Assembly (NCBI GenBank): GCA_043228905.1
Contig: JBHGNT010000008.1
Coordinates: forward strand, 8,370,001 to 8,434,000
DNA length: 64,000 nucleotides
Origin: Azolla caroliniana
Taxonomy: Eukaryota > Plantae > Polypodiophyta
Direction of reading: 5' to 3'
Position 1 is the stretch's first letter. Every line of letters begins with the position of its first letter. The position numbers were made by a program, and so were the translations under genes. The notes under the pieces are model-generated. The model did not search any database. It was not told the origin of the DNA and saw only the letters and a program-made list of their open reading frames with translations. Positions 1 to 11,600 of this stretch are shown here, piece by piece.

Positions 1-2
1 AT

Positions 3-986
3 GAGATTGCTCAAGCTCTGCGGAAAGCGGATGTGGGTAGAGATGGGCAGCAATGCAAAGACAAGTGGGAAAAGCTTATGGCAGGGTATAAGGAAGTCCG
101 GGATGGAAACCGAGATAAAGATGATCTCCCATTTTACGACGACATACACTATTTACTCTCTGGAAAACGTGGAAATAATAGTATTGGAAACTATGTAGAA
201 GATGGCATTGAGATGAAGGGAACTAATGGGCATTCTATGGGAATGCCTCATGTGATGCATGATGTTGGAAATGTAAGAGAGGCTATCCAACACGAAGAAA
301 CCTTTTTGAGGAAGAGGAAAAGAGAAACAGAGTATGGGCCTCTAGCAGATATGTCTATTGTGCAAGAGCTTTTGGAGACGGTTTTGAGTACCCAAGAGCG
401 TCTTTTTAGAGATGTGCTGGATGCAGTGGAAAAGAAAGAGAGGGTTAGGGAGCAGATAAGGCAGGAGAGAGAGGACATTTGGAGGGCAGAGGAGAGAGCT
501 CAACGTTTTGCATTTAACAACACTATGGTGATATTAACTCAAAAGCTTTTAGGTGAAATGCCACCTCCAGGAGGAAGAGAATCCGTGGCTTCTCCAGCAC
601 CACCCACCGCACTACAGCCCATTAACTCATCACCGAATGATCTTGGGAGCTTGAAGAAGAGGTCGAAGAACTGGAAAAAAACTGAAGTGATGCATCTTAT
701 CAGGTATCGGAAGGAAATGGAGAGCAAATTCGCACAGTCGACAAGGAGAGCTGGGTTGTGGGATGAATTAGGTATGAAGCTAGCTACATTAAGCATCAAG
801 AGAGATGGTAAACAGTGCAGGGAGAAGTGGGATAAGCTCATGGCAGGATACAAGGACGTCATTGATGGAAGACGAGACAAAGAGGAGAGTCCTTATTTTG
901 CTGAGCTTTCAATCTACATGGAAATGATAAAAGAGAAAGACAGCATCCCCTCTGAAGCATCAAAAGATGAGTGCATCGAGGCATAG
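3..986 (+). CDS. Trihelix transcription factor (GT-2-like, tandem Myb/SANT-like domains), 5' end outside window
   Basis: Frame open from nt 3 (EIAQALRKADVGRDGQQCKDKWEKL). Central coiled coil (RE..WRAEERAQR). Second trihelix domain WKKTEVMHLIRYR...LWDEL...RDGKQCREKWDKL...PYFAEL. Stop TAG at 984-986. Confidence 0.9.
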   Translation, partial: EIAQALRKADVGRDGQQCKDKWEKLMAGYKEVRDGNRDKDDLPFYDDIHYLLSGKRGNNSIGNYVEDGIEMKGTNGHSMGMPHVMHDVGNVREAIQHEETFLRKRKRETEYGPLADMSIVQELLETVLSTQERLFRDVLDAVEKKERVREQIRQEREDIWRAEERAQRFAFNNTMVILTQKLLGEMPPPGGRESVASPAPPTALQPINSSPNDLGSLKKRSKNWKKTEVMHLIRYRKEMESKFAQSTRRAGLWDELGMKLATLSIKRDGKQCREKWDKLMAGYKDVIDGRRDKEESPYFAELSIYMEMIKEKDSIPSEASKDECIEA

Positions 987-2849
987 AAAAATCATTGCAT
1001 GCTTTTTAACTATTTAATGGTGATCCTTCACTAATTTTGTTGACAATTTGATGCTTTTGCTGTTGATTGGTAGGAGTCTTATTTTGTTCTATTCGTCTGT
1101 TCGACAATGTCCTAGACGATGATTTTGGCTGTGGTCAGGTCTTATTTTAATGACCTGTATAGACTATGCTAGGCATATTTTAGTGTTGGATCTGTTAGAT
1201 TTAAGCGATGTATTATTTTCTTTTTCAATAATTGACTATGTTGATGTTTTGCTATTTATTGGTTGTGAAATAGGTTTCAGTCAAAGTCTTATTTTGTTTA
1301 GCTGCTGTCTTTTCTATATATATATTTATTTATGCCTCTATCAGTGGCTATAGGTCTAAATCTAATGTAGATATACATTTTTAGTATCATGTCAATGCTA
1401 TTTTGCTGTTAGTAGTGCCTTTGAATTGCAAACACTACACATATATTTATATTCTTGAAGCTCTTGATTTGTATTGGATTATTTTTGGTAATCTTGATTT
1501 CATGAAGACTTGTGCACTACCAGATCATTTCCATTTGAATTTGTAAAGGCATTAATCCCCCTCCATATTTTGCAACTTGCAAGGTTGTGTAGATTGGAGC
1601 ATATCTGCATAGCATCATGTCAATTTATTGATGATAATTCATCCATGAAACCTTCCCATTAGGTAATCATCCAGTTGGCTAAATCATTGTATTTTATGTT
1701 TATTGATCCCTTGAGATAAGCCATCTGATTGACGTGATTCACATGGTTATGTATGAAATTGTGTTTTTGTTGTATTGAAAGGACGGCAGTAAACCAAGAT
1801 GAAGCTTATTCTAGGTGAAATGTATTTTCTCAATTTACTTTTGAGGGCTCATTTCAAGGGTTGTATTCCTTGATGGTTGCCTTGCTAAGAAGGATTGTAC
1901 ACATTTAATGAGTTTCTGTAAGAGCATGTAGGCCTTTATGATGTATCCTAGCATGCTCTGTAAGAGGTCCATTTGTATGGATACAAGCTTGCATATTATG
2001 AAGGAAGTTGTTCAAAGAACATGAAGTATAATGATGCAGATACATTCCAACCTTTCTAATGGTATGAGCTTGCCTATCACTATAAGGGTTTTCACTCTTC
2101 AAGGACATGAAGCATAATGATGCTCTTTGCATTCCCAGGCTAACAACAAGATGTCTGATTTATAACTAAATTTCATATTTTACTTGGTAATATTACACGT
2201 CACCTTGTCATATTCCTTCAAATGTTCCAATAACTGTGAGCATCACATCTTCTCAATTATAGGTGTCTTTTTAATTTCGTCTTAAATCAATCTTTCTTAA
2301 TAGTTATCTTACAATGCACAATCATTTTTCCTCCCATGGTTCTGGAACATGACCTCAAGAAATGACAAATACCACAATAATAACAGTGGATGTGTGCAAA
2401 TTAGTGTATATCACCAATGCAAAGCTTAGAAAAACTGTGATAATGAAGCAGAAATCCCCAATATAGTCCATTTTGTCCAATTTAGATCCAGAATTAGACC
2501 AATTCAATGAAAGTCATGAGATTATCTGTGGAAATACTATGACAATTCCATACGAAATAGAAATATGCAAAAACAATACTCATATACACATCTCCATAGA
2601 ATTTCTATGGGTTATGAATTTGGTAATTCATATATGTTATCACATAGAATCCTCCTACATCTAGAAACCTCAAATCAAATTTGGTATAAGGAAACCTCAT
2701 TGAGGCCCTTGAGATTGTCATGGGCAAAATACAGCTTTCAACACCTTGATATGTGGTAATTTCAATGACGAATTGCCTATTTTCAACCTTGGTTCCAATA
2801 ATGGAGCTACAAATCTGTGGAAAGCAGTAATGCATTAGCATGAGAATGC

Positions 2850-5310
2850 CTATACACTAAAGTTCTCGATCAGTGCAGACTTATCAGTTCTTTTGAGTAG
2901 ACCAGCAATCACCTGTGGGACAAAAAAGATGGTTTATTTGAAAATTTTACTTAACCTCTACCAATGCAGTGAGTGAACAAACAATCATACCTTTCCAGGT
3001 CCAAGTTCATAGCTACTCTTAAGGCCTTTGCCAAGTAGTGTCTTAAGTGTGCTCTCCCATTGAACTGGAGAGGTAACCTTCAAAGTAGAATGACATCAAA
3101 TGGCAGAGCTCACTTAAATACTCTCAAGTCTAGTATACTGTATTTTAACCTATATTCTTTAATTCACAATAGATGAATCATTTGTCAATAGTTGAATAAT
3201 TTTCACAATAGTTGGAAGGAGTTCTCACTTGCTGAGAAAGGACAGCCTTGATGACCTCAGGATCTGAGTGTGGTAGTACATCCACATTGGAAATAACAGG
3301 AATCTTCGGGGCCCTGAACTCTGTTGATGCCAATGCTGCCTCTAGCTTTGGTACTGCCGAAGACATGAATCGCGTGTGAAATGCTCCGGCTACTGCTAAT
3401 CTCACCTGTAGATAAGAAGAAACACACATGTTGCTGCTTAGAAACCAAAAATCTTTTGCTATATAAGTTTGCAAACCATTACTTAGTAAGCCTACTAATT
3501 TCTGGAAGAAAGCCATTGCTTCTTTCTTACCACCATCCGAGCTTTGAAAGACTTTGCCTTTGCCTCGACAGCTTCTATACCTTTGCGACCTCCAGAAACT
3601 ACATAATTACCCTGCAAGAATGCCCACATTTATGGTCACAATTGCTATTGTGAAGGCTAGAATAGAGCATATGCATCTTGACTCTGCACGGAAAAAACAT
3701 AACTATCGCCTACAGAAGCTCACAGTGCACAAATAGTTTGCGATTTGAACTCTCTCCTCCTCGCCTACATCCTCATTTGCAGCATCACAAAGAGCTTGGA
3801 CCTTTTCAGCATCTAATCCTATTACACTTGCCATGCTTCCATTTGTTGCATCAGCCGCAGCCTATACATAAAATTACAAACATCCACATCCATCCCACAT
3901 AAAAAAATCAACAAGCAAGTCACCTTATATTGTCTTGTCTTGAAGTGTATAACCAATTAGACACATTTTTTTTACCTGCATTGCTTCGCCCCGGAGCTTT
4001 ACAAGCTTAAGCCCATCCTCAAAGCTACAGTAGACTGACCTTTTAGCAACATAGTAAATGTGTTCTCTTTCTTTCTTTAGAAGATTCTTTAATGCATATA
4101 CCTGAAGACTCCAGCAAAAGCAAGGGCTGTATACTCTCCTAAACTCAGCCCACAAGCAACATCAACAGAATCGATGATTTCTTGACCTTTACTTTCCAAT
4201 CGTAGAGCCTCGACAGCAGCCAAACTTGCTACATAGATTGCAGGCTATATACCATAGCTTAAACATGTGAAAAACTAATAGCTCAAAAAAGGCATTTCAG
4301 TGGAATCTAAAAGAATCTATTAACCAGAGGAAATATCTTCATATTAACCAAATGTTACCTGGCTAATCACTGTTGAATCTAGCTTCTCTTTTGGTCCATT
4401 AATGCACAGATCTAGTAGATCATAGCTGCCCAAGTTATCATAGGCCAGATCTCAAATAAGTGAAACATTTATCAGGAAGCTAGACGTTTGAAGAACACAT
4501 CAAAATGACAGAGTAACAATGGAAAAAATACATCAAAATAAAAGACTATATCCTGAAAACTGGCTCCAAATGGGAAAATAGCACATCATAGCTACTCACG
4601 CACAATCCAAATGTCAAATAAGTGATACACCAAAATAAAAGCCTACCAGTACCAAATAATACAATCCAGATATGAAATGAGTGGAAAAACATTAACGCAT
4701 CAAAATAGAAAACTGTCGCTAATTAAATGTAAAATTGTGGGAAAATACAAAATATGTAAAAAATATCATATCGTTCTTTATCTGCCCATGTGTCACAATC
4801 CAGATCTCAAATAAGTGAAGAATACGCACATGCATGCATATATATCATATGGTTCAAGACAGATTCAATAAACTCACCCAAGGATATGGTTTGCTTTGCT
4901 GAACAGTTCCATGGCAGCAGGGACTTTCTCTGCATCTTTTCCCATACCAATTGCTTGAGCTCCCTATATCATTGTTTTTCGTGGAAAATTAAATGACAAA
5001 AGAAACAAGATCCTGATACATTGGCAGAAAAATAGAGTTAAAAAGAAGCAGAGAGGGAGTTGCAAAACTCAACCTGTCCAGGGAACATGAAAGCACAAGA
5101 GGCTTTGTAATCTGCGAAGAGAGTATCAGAAGAGATTTTCTCTGTGCTGACAGCAACATTCATGACAACCCGAGCTGAGCGAGGCTTACTCCGACGAAAT
5201 GGAGAAAGGGTGAGTCGAGCAGAAGAAGAACATGCAGGCAGTACTGATGTGGGAGAGAAGAGCATCTCAAGGGGTGGGGGAGGCGAGGAAACACTAACAG
5301 AGGTCGCCAT
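2850..5310 (-). CDS. MCAT: Plastid malonyl-CoA:ACP transacylase (FabD/MCAT), 10 exons
   Basis: Ser-rich transit peptide from ATG at 5310. FPGQ|GAQ split by intron 1 (exons 5310-5074, 4963-4878). Catalytic GLSLGEY (~4130-4150), LAVAGAFH, SPVQWE, YELGPGKVIAG. GT-AG junctions keep frame. TAG at 2850-2852. Confidence 0.95.
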
Positions 5311-5591
5311 AGCGCGATCAGGGAAGGGTGGAGGAGCTCGGATCTCTTGAGGACAACGTAGCGTATGCAGATTTCGATGATCTGATCTCTGCAGAAGAAG
5401 AAGAAGAAGAAGAAGAAGAAAATGGAGTGTAATTGAATGCTTCTGCTTTTGCTTTTGCTTTTGATCTGTTTTTATTTTTGGTGTTAAGAGAGAGCCATCA
5501 TGCAAAGAGAATGAAAATGAACCCCACAAGTTCTTAAGAGCCTTTTTTATTCCTACAGCTTGTTTTCTCCTCTACAAACATGTCTTCTTTT

Positions 5592-6450
5592 GCATGAACC
5601 AGACCGATGACGAGGACGATGCTGACGGGGACCATGACCATGACCATAACCATGACGAGGACGAGGACCATGACCCTGACCATGATGATGACGAGGACCA
5701 TGACCATGATGAGGATGAGGATGATGACCATGACCATGACCATGACCACGACCATGACCATGATGATGAAGAGGATGATGACCATGACTGTTATGGGCAT
5801 GACCATAAATTATCCTGTGGTAAGATTGTAACGTAGTATTCCATACACGTGGATAATGTGTGAGGGTTAGCCGAGCGTGTAAAGAAGGGAGGATTACTTT
5901 TAATCCTGGGGATTGAGACAACCCATTAAGGCTATAAATATGGGGCCTAGCTACCCTCATTTGATACATTATCAACTACGTCGACACTCTGATCTTGTGG
6001 TGATCAACTCTTGTAGTGAGCGCGCCAGCACTAGGTACGACTCGATGCCACATCAGTGGTATGGGACGCTGATCGAGGCTCGAGTTTGTCTCGATCCCTT
6101 CACTCAGGGGTGGTTGGGTGGATCGACACTCTTCTTTCTCTCTCCCCCCTTTCTTTTCTATCTATATATTATTTCCTTATCATATGGTTACATTAGGATT
6201 AATCTCTAACGATGACCATGACCATGACGAGGACAAGGACGATGATGTGACGAGGGCGAGGACGAGGACAATGATGATTGTGACGGTGAGATGACGATGA
6301 CGGTGATGAAGACATTGACAATGACGACCACCACCACCATTGCTACTACAACAATGACCACCATCACCCCAATGTTGATGACGGGTTCTCATCCTTGACA
6401 AGCCAATAATCTTGCATGCCCATTGTCTGCATAACAATAATGATGATGAA
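5592..6450. repeat. Degenerate (GACCAT/GATGAC)n microsatellite, split by a solo LTR
   Basis: Runs of gaccatgaccat/gatgacgag at 5592-5788 resume at 6212. Confidence 0.9.
5789..6211 (+). mobile_element. Solo LTR (423 bp)
   Basis: Termini TGTTA...TAAC(G, mutated from A). Flanked by ATGAC at 5784-5788 and 6212-6216. Internal TATA (gctataaata ~5931) followed by a CT-rich tract. Confidence 0.7.
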
Positions 6451-6965
6451 GGGCGTCTCCTCTACATTTGATAAAATCACATGTTGCTCATGCATTTTTT
6501 CATGAGGTCATTATTGCACTTTATAGAGAGAGCATACATATATACATATTTATTTACTAACTTATGCCGGGTGGCAATAATGTCTAACTTGGATGAGCCT
6601 TTGTGAGGTTGGTACATTTGGTGATGATGGTGGAAATGTTTATGCCTCAATCTTCTTCAAATGGACCATATACATGTGGATTCTCAATAGACCCTCTACC
6701 TTGGTTGACTCCATCATTTTCTTAATGCATCAATTTGTGTGGACTTTTTGCCTAAAATTGGTAATAACATTTAAACTTAGAAATAAGAGACATTGAAACA
6801 TTTTCTCCCCTTCTTCAAAATCATCCTACATGGATGGAGATATATTCTCTCCCTATTACCTCCACTCCATATAACAAGACTTTGGATTCTAATGCATCAA
6901 AACAACAAATCATTACTCGTGAACTTTGACGGTTATCGATATTGCATTTAGATTCAAATATATGA

Positions 6966-7249
6966 TGTTAATAATTAGGTAATTAACTAAGGGTTAATTA
7001 GTGTCTAATTATGTGAGTAGTTAATCACATATGTGATTAAGCAGTGGAAGATTATGTGATACGTGTGTGTGTGTGAGAGGAAGAGAGAGAGGAAGTTACA
7101 CTTATGAACAATAAGACAAATGGGGGATGATTAACACGAGTGTAGCTAGATAACCTTTATATTAATAAGCATCAAGTTACAAAAATACCCACAATAAGGT
7201 ATATATAGATCTAATGTGCAAGGGTGCACATGTGTGAGGAGAATATAGG
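6966..7249 (-). mobile_element. Truncated copia LTR, same family as 19996-20453
   Basis: Colinear with 19996-20269 (attaggt.attaacta.gggttaattagtg...gagaatatagg). Interrupted at 7250 by another LTR. Confidence 0.8.
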
Positions 7250-8547
7250 TGTAAAGAATCGGATATGATTCTGTGCAGCGGAAGAGCTATGTGTGTTTGT
7301 GTATAGCCGAGAGAGAGAGAGAGAGAGAGAGATTATATTATTGTCTTCAGAGATCAAATATGACCTATGAGACCAAAAATATTACATTTCACATGATACA
7401 TGTGAAGGTGAGTAGCGACTCTCGATGTTTAAGAACTTTACCAATGAATGTTGCAATCGAGAGTGCACATCGTGGTTGTGAGAGAAATTCATGCAAGGAT
7501 TGGGCTCGATCGAAGAGTTGTGGAAAGCATGGTCGAATATGATCAAAGTGTGATACTCAGACTCTCGAACTTGTTTAGGGCAAAGTGTGCATAGCCGGCC
7601 ACTCTCATCACTTGTGCCCCAACGCCCCGTCTCACATCTCAATGTGTGCGACCTAAGTCACATGGTAGCAATGGTTTTGTAGTATAATGTGTGAAGCGTG
7701 AGCCACCACATTTGTCCCATGTCATGATACATTGGCGTTGCAAAAAGGCCTCATTTACAGAGGAATCTAGTGACACATCATGAAGCAAGTGTCTTGCATC
7801 CCATCTACCAAACCATTTTTCTAAATCTTGCATCCAACTGGAACACAAAAATTTGCTTTTATGCGTCTTTTGGATCTTTTTGCTTGCTTCCAATGCAATT
7901 CTAGGAAGTCGATGTGAGGGGCTTTTTTTAACCTTAAGCATGTATTCAACAACCCTTTCTATGGCCATGATCTCAATGGGAAGCGATCCCGTCTCAAGGA
8001 GGAGGAGGGTGTAGGGCTTTTGTTTCTTAACTTGTAGAAACTTTGTAGGAAAATGTTTTTGGACATTTTCAAACTCTTTCCACGTAGATTTAGGGATGCT
8101 TCCGCCCCATACTTTCAAACGCATAATATGCTCACTTACCCACCTCTAAGCGGCGTGTAGCACATTCATTCCATTTATGATTTGAAGGAACTTCAAGGCC
8201 AAGATATTTGAAGCTTTCCACACATTCAAGTGGCTCATTGTTGTACTTAATGCATGGTTTATCTCTTTTTGTACTCTTCACAACCATAATGTTTGTTTTA
8301 GAGCTATTGACTCTTAATCTAATATGCATGCAAATTTTTCCAATGCCTTCATAAGCTTTTGTGAAGTATTTGCAAAAAGCACTACATCATTTGCATATAA
8401 AAAAAGCATAATCACAACATTCCCAATGGCAACTTCTTCAACATATTCTTCCTTTACAAACTTGGTAACCATTTCTTCTAATTCATCAATGCATAGACCA
8501 AATAATGTTGGTGAGAGTGGGCATCCTTACTTAACACCAATAGTGCT

Positions 8548-8593
8548 TGTAAAGAATCAAGAGATGGATTCTTGTGAAGCGGAATAGGTGTGA

Positions 8594-8647
<54 letters not shown>

Positions 8648-11600
8648 AGATAGAGAGAGAGAGAGGGAGAGAGAGAGACACAGAGTATACGCAAGGTTAA
8701 GTATGTTAACAAAGGAGGAAGACTCAACATTATACAAGGTGGGAGGAGGGTGCTTTATGTAGTCACCCTCTCTTTTCATTAACTACAAGACTCATGGAGC
8801 ATGGGGAATGTGAAAGCTCATAAGTTATGTGTCATAGAATATGATTCTATGACTCATACTAAATGCTAGAATACAAAGTGGTGACTTAATGGTGACTCTT
8901 GACCGTTGGAGTGTCTATTCACTCTCAAGGCGAGTTCACACACTAGACCAAGTTGAGCTTGATTCTCAACACGTCCCCTCAAGCTCAAGTCGGGTCGGTT
9001 TCAGACGGTATCCGAAATCCGCTTCGACTCATGTTCCGGTGTCCGCGTTGACTCGCGTCGACTTGCTTTATGCGGAGTTGCGGAATTCGTGCTCCAGCTT
9101 GCGTTGTGCGTAGTTACGAAGTCTATGCTTCAGCTTGCGTCTTTCTTCGCGGCTTTGAGCGGTAGATCGGCTCTTCGCAGCTTCGTTGCGTGGTTTCGGA
9201 ATCCACACGTTATTGCGTAATGCGCGGTTGCGGAATCTACGCGTTATTGCGTAGTGTCTTGCGTACTCCCCCTCAAGCTTGGCAGGTCAGGGATCGTTAA
9301 TCCAAGATCGGTCATGAATTGCCATAGCTTGTCGGCTCCTAAAGCCTTACTGAAGATGTCAGCCGTTTGAAGATTTGTGCTAATGTGTTGTAGGTCGACA
9401 TCGCCAGTTAGAACGCGCTCTCGGATGAAGTGATACTGCACTTCGATGTGCTTTGTCCGCGCGTGGAACACCGGGTTCCGAGCCAGATAGATATTGCTCA
9501 TGTTGTTGCAGTAAAGGGAAGTCGGATCCTTGATGGGTACGCCCAGATCCTTCAAAATCCTCTTGAGCCATACGACTTCACACGCAGCTACTGATGCGCC
9601 CCTGTATTCCGCCTCCGTACTCGAAAGAGCGACGGTAGGCTGCTTCTTGCTACTCCAGGATATTGCTCCGCTGCCAAGGGAGAAAACAAATCCAGAGGTT
9701 GATCTTCTATCGGCTTTGTAGCCGACCCAATCGGCGTCAGTGTACCCCTCGAGTCGTATTGGCATCGCGGTCTTGTAGAGGATGCCAAAATCCATTGTGC
9801 CGCTCACGTATCGTAGAACTCGCTTAACGCAATCCAAGTGAGTATCACGCGGTGTTTGCATGAATTGGCTAAGGAGACCGACCGGATAACTGAGATCGGG
9901 TCGTGTGATTGTGAGGTAGATGAGATTCTCGATGAGTTGCCGATACTGAGTCGGCTCACACGCTTTGGTGCCGGAGTTCGCATCTAGTTTGAGATTACAA
10001 TCGAGCGGGGTTGCCACAGATTTGCACTCAGCCATCTCGAACTTGTATAACAAGTTGAGGATGTAGTGCCGTTGAGAGATCATGATTCCGACCGGAGTCC
10101 GAATTACCTCGATGCCGAGGAAGTAGTGGAGCTCCTTCATGTCCGTCATCTCGAACTTGTCGAAAAGGAGGGAATTGACTTTATTGATTTCGACGAGATG
10201 CTCACCTCCAATGACTAGGTCATCCACATATAAAATGATGACGATCGGACTTGCGGAATCGCTTCGTATGTAGAGGGAGTTGTCCGATTTGGACATACAG
10301 AAGCCGATTTGATGAAGATATTGCGTTATCTTCGAATGCCAAGCACGCGGTGCTTGCTTGAGGCCGTAGAGTGGCTTCTTGAGTCGGCATACGGCTTTTG
10401 GATGGGTGCTCGAGTTGAAGCCGGGTGGTTGGATCATGTACACCTCCTCTTCTAATTCGCCTTGTACAAAGGCGTTCTTGACGTCCATTTGATGGAGGTG
10501 CCACCCTTTCGCCGCGGCAATCACAATTACGGTCTGCACCGTCGTCATCTTTGCCATCAGGGCAAAGGTCTCTTCGTAGTTGACGCCATGCGTCTGAGCG
10601 TATCCTTTCACTACGAGTCGAGCTTTGTAGCGGTTTACGGAGCCATCGACGTTATACTTCACCTTGTAGATCCATCTGCATCCGATCGCCTTTTTGTGTG
10701 GTGAGGTGGGAACGAGATCTCATGTCTCGTTCTTCCGTAGTGCCTGCATCTCCTCGTTCATTTCTTCGATCCATCGTGGGTCCTTCGTGGCTTCTGAAAA
10801 GGTTTCTGGCTCCCGTATTGTCGCTACCTTTATCCTAAAGGCATAATGGTACGCCATATAATCGTTGTAGCCGAAGCGGCTTACGAGGTTCTTTTCATGA
10901 GTGGATCAGCGGAGCTTTTCATTTGCAGAGATGAGGGCTTTCTTAGCTCCGATTGGTACCTCGAAACCGCCAAACTCACTGTCGAGTGAGTGAGTTGACT
11001 CATCGTCATTGAAGCGATCGTCTTCGTATTCCGACATTTTCGCCTTGCCTTTGTCCATCTTCGGGCTAGGCCGTGATGTGCTTTGATCGCTCAAAGGCTC
11101 GTGGTCCACTCAATTGGGTCGTGATCGGACTTTCTTCGAATATGCGCATAAGGCAATCTTCATCCTCGATCTCTTGTTCAACGAATTCCGGGTCGAGCGG
11201 AGTCGGAGTTGGAGTTGTCTCTGGTGCGTACCAGGATGCAGACTCGTCAAAAACGACGTCTCGACTTACTCGAGATTTTCGAGTTGAGGGGTTGTAGCAC
11301 TTGTACCCCTTTTGCTCCAATGAGTATCCTACGAGGATACATTTCTCCGACTTTGGGTCAAGCTTTTGACGCTTCTCGTCGGGGATGTGCACGTATGCTA
11401 TTGCGCTGAATATCCGGATGTGCGATAAGTCCGGCTTCTTTCCGAAGTATTTTTCGTGTGGAGTGACCTCGTGCACGCCGGATGTTGTGCACCGGTTCAT
11501 TAGGTAGAGGGCCGTATTTGCAGCTTCAGCCCAATATGACTTGGGCATATGCTTCTCGTTCATCATGGCCCGCGCTACTTCGAGGATGTGCCGATTTTTG

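Noticed and set aside
5038-5529. Extended N-terminus of MCAT from the ORF track
   Set aside because: The upstream part translates (CTT)n and AAAAGC repeats of the 5' UTR. ATG 5310 begins a typical transit peptide.
5534-5975. His/Gly-, Asp/His- and Met/Val-rich ORFs resembling metal-binding proteins
   Set aside because: Several frames are open only because of the GACCAT microsatellite. There is no gene structure and an LTR interrupts the tract.
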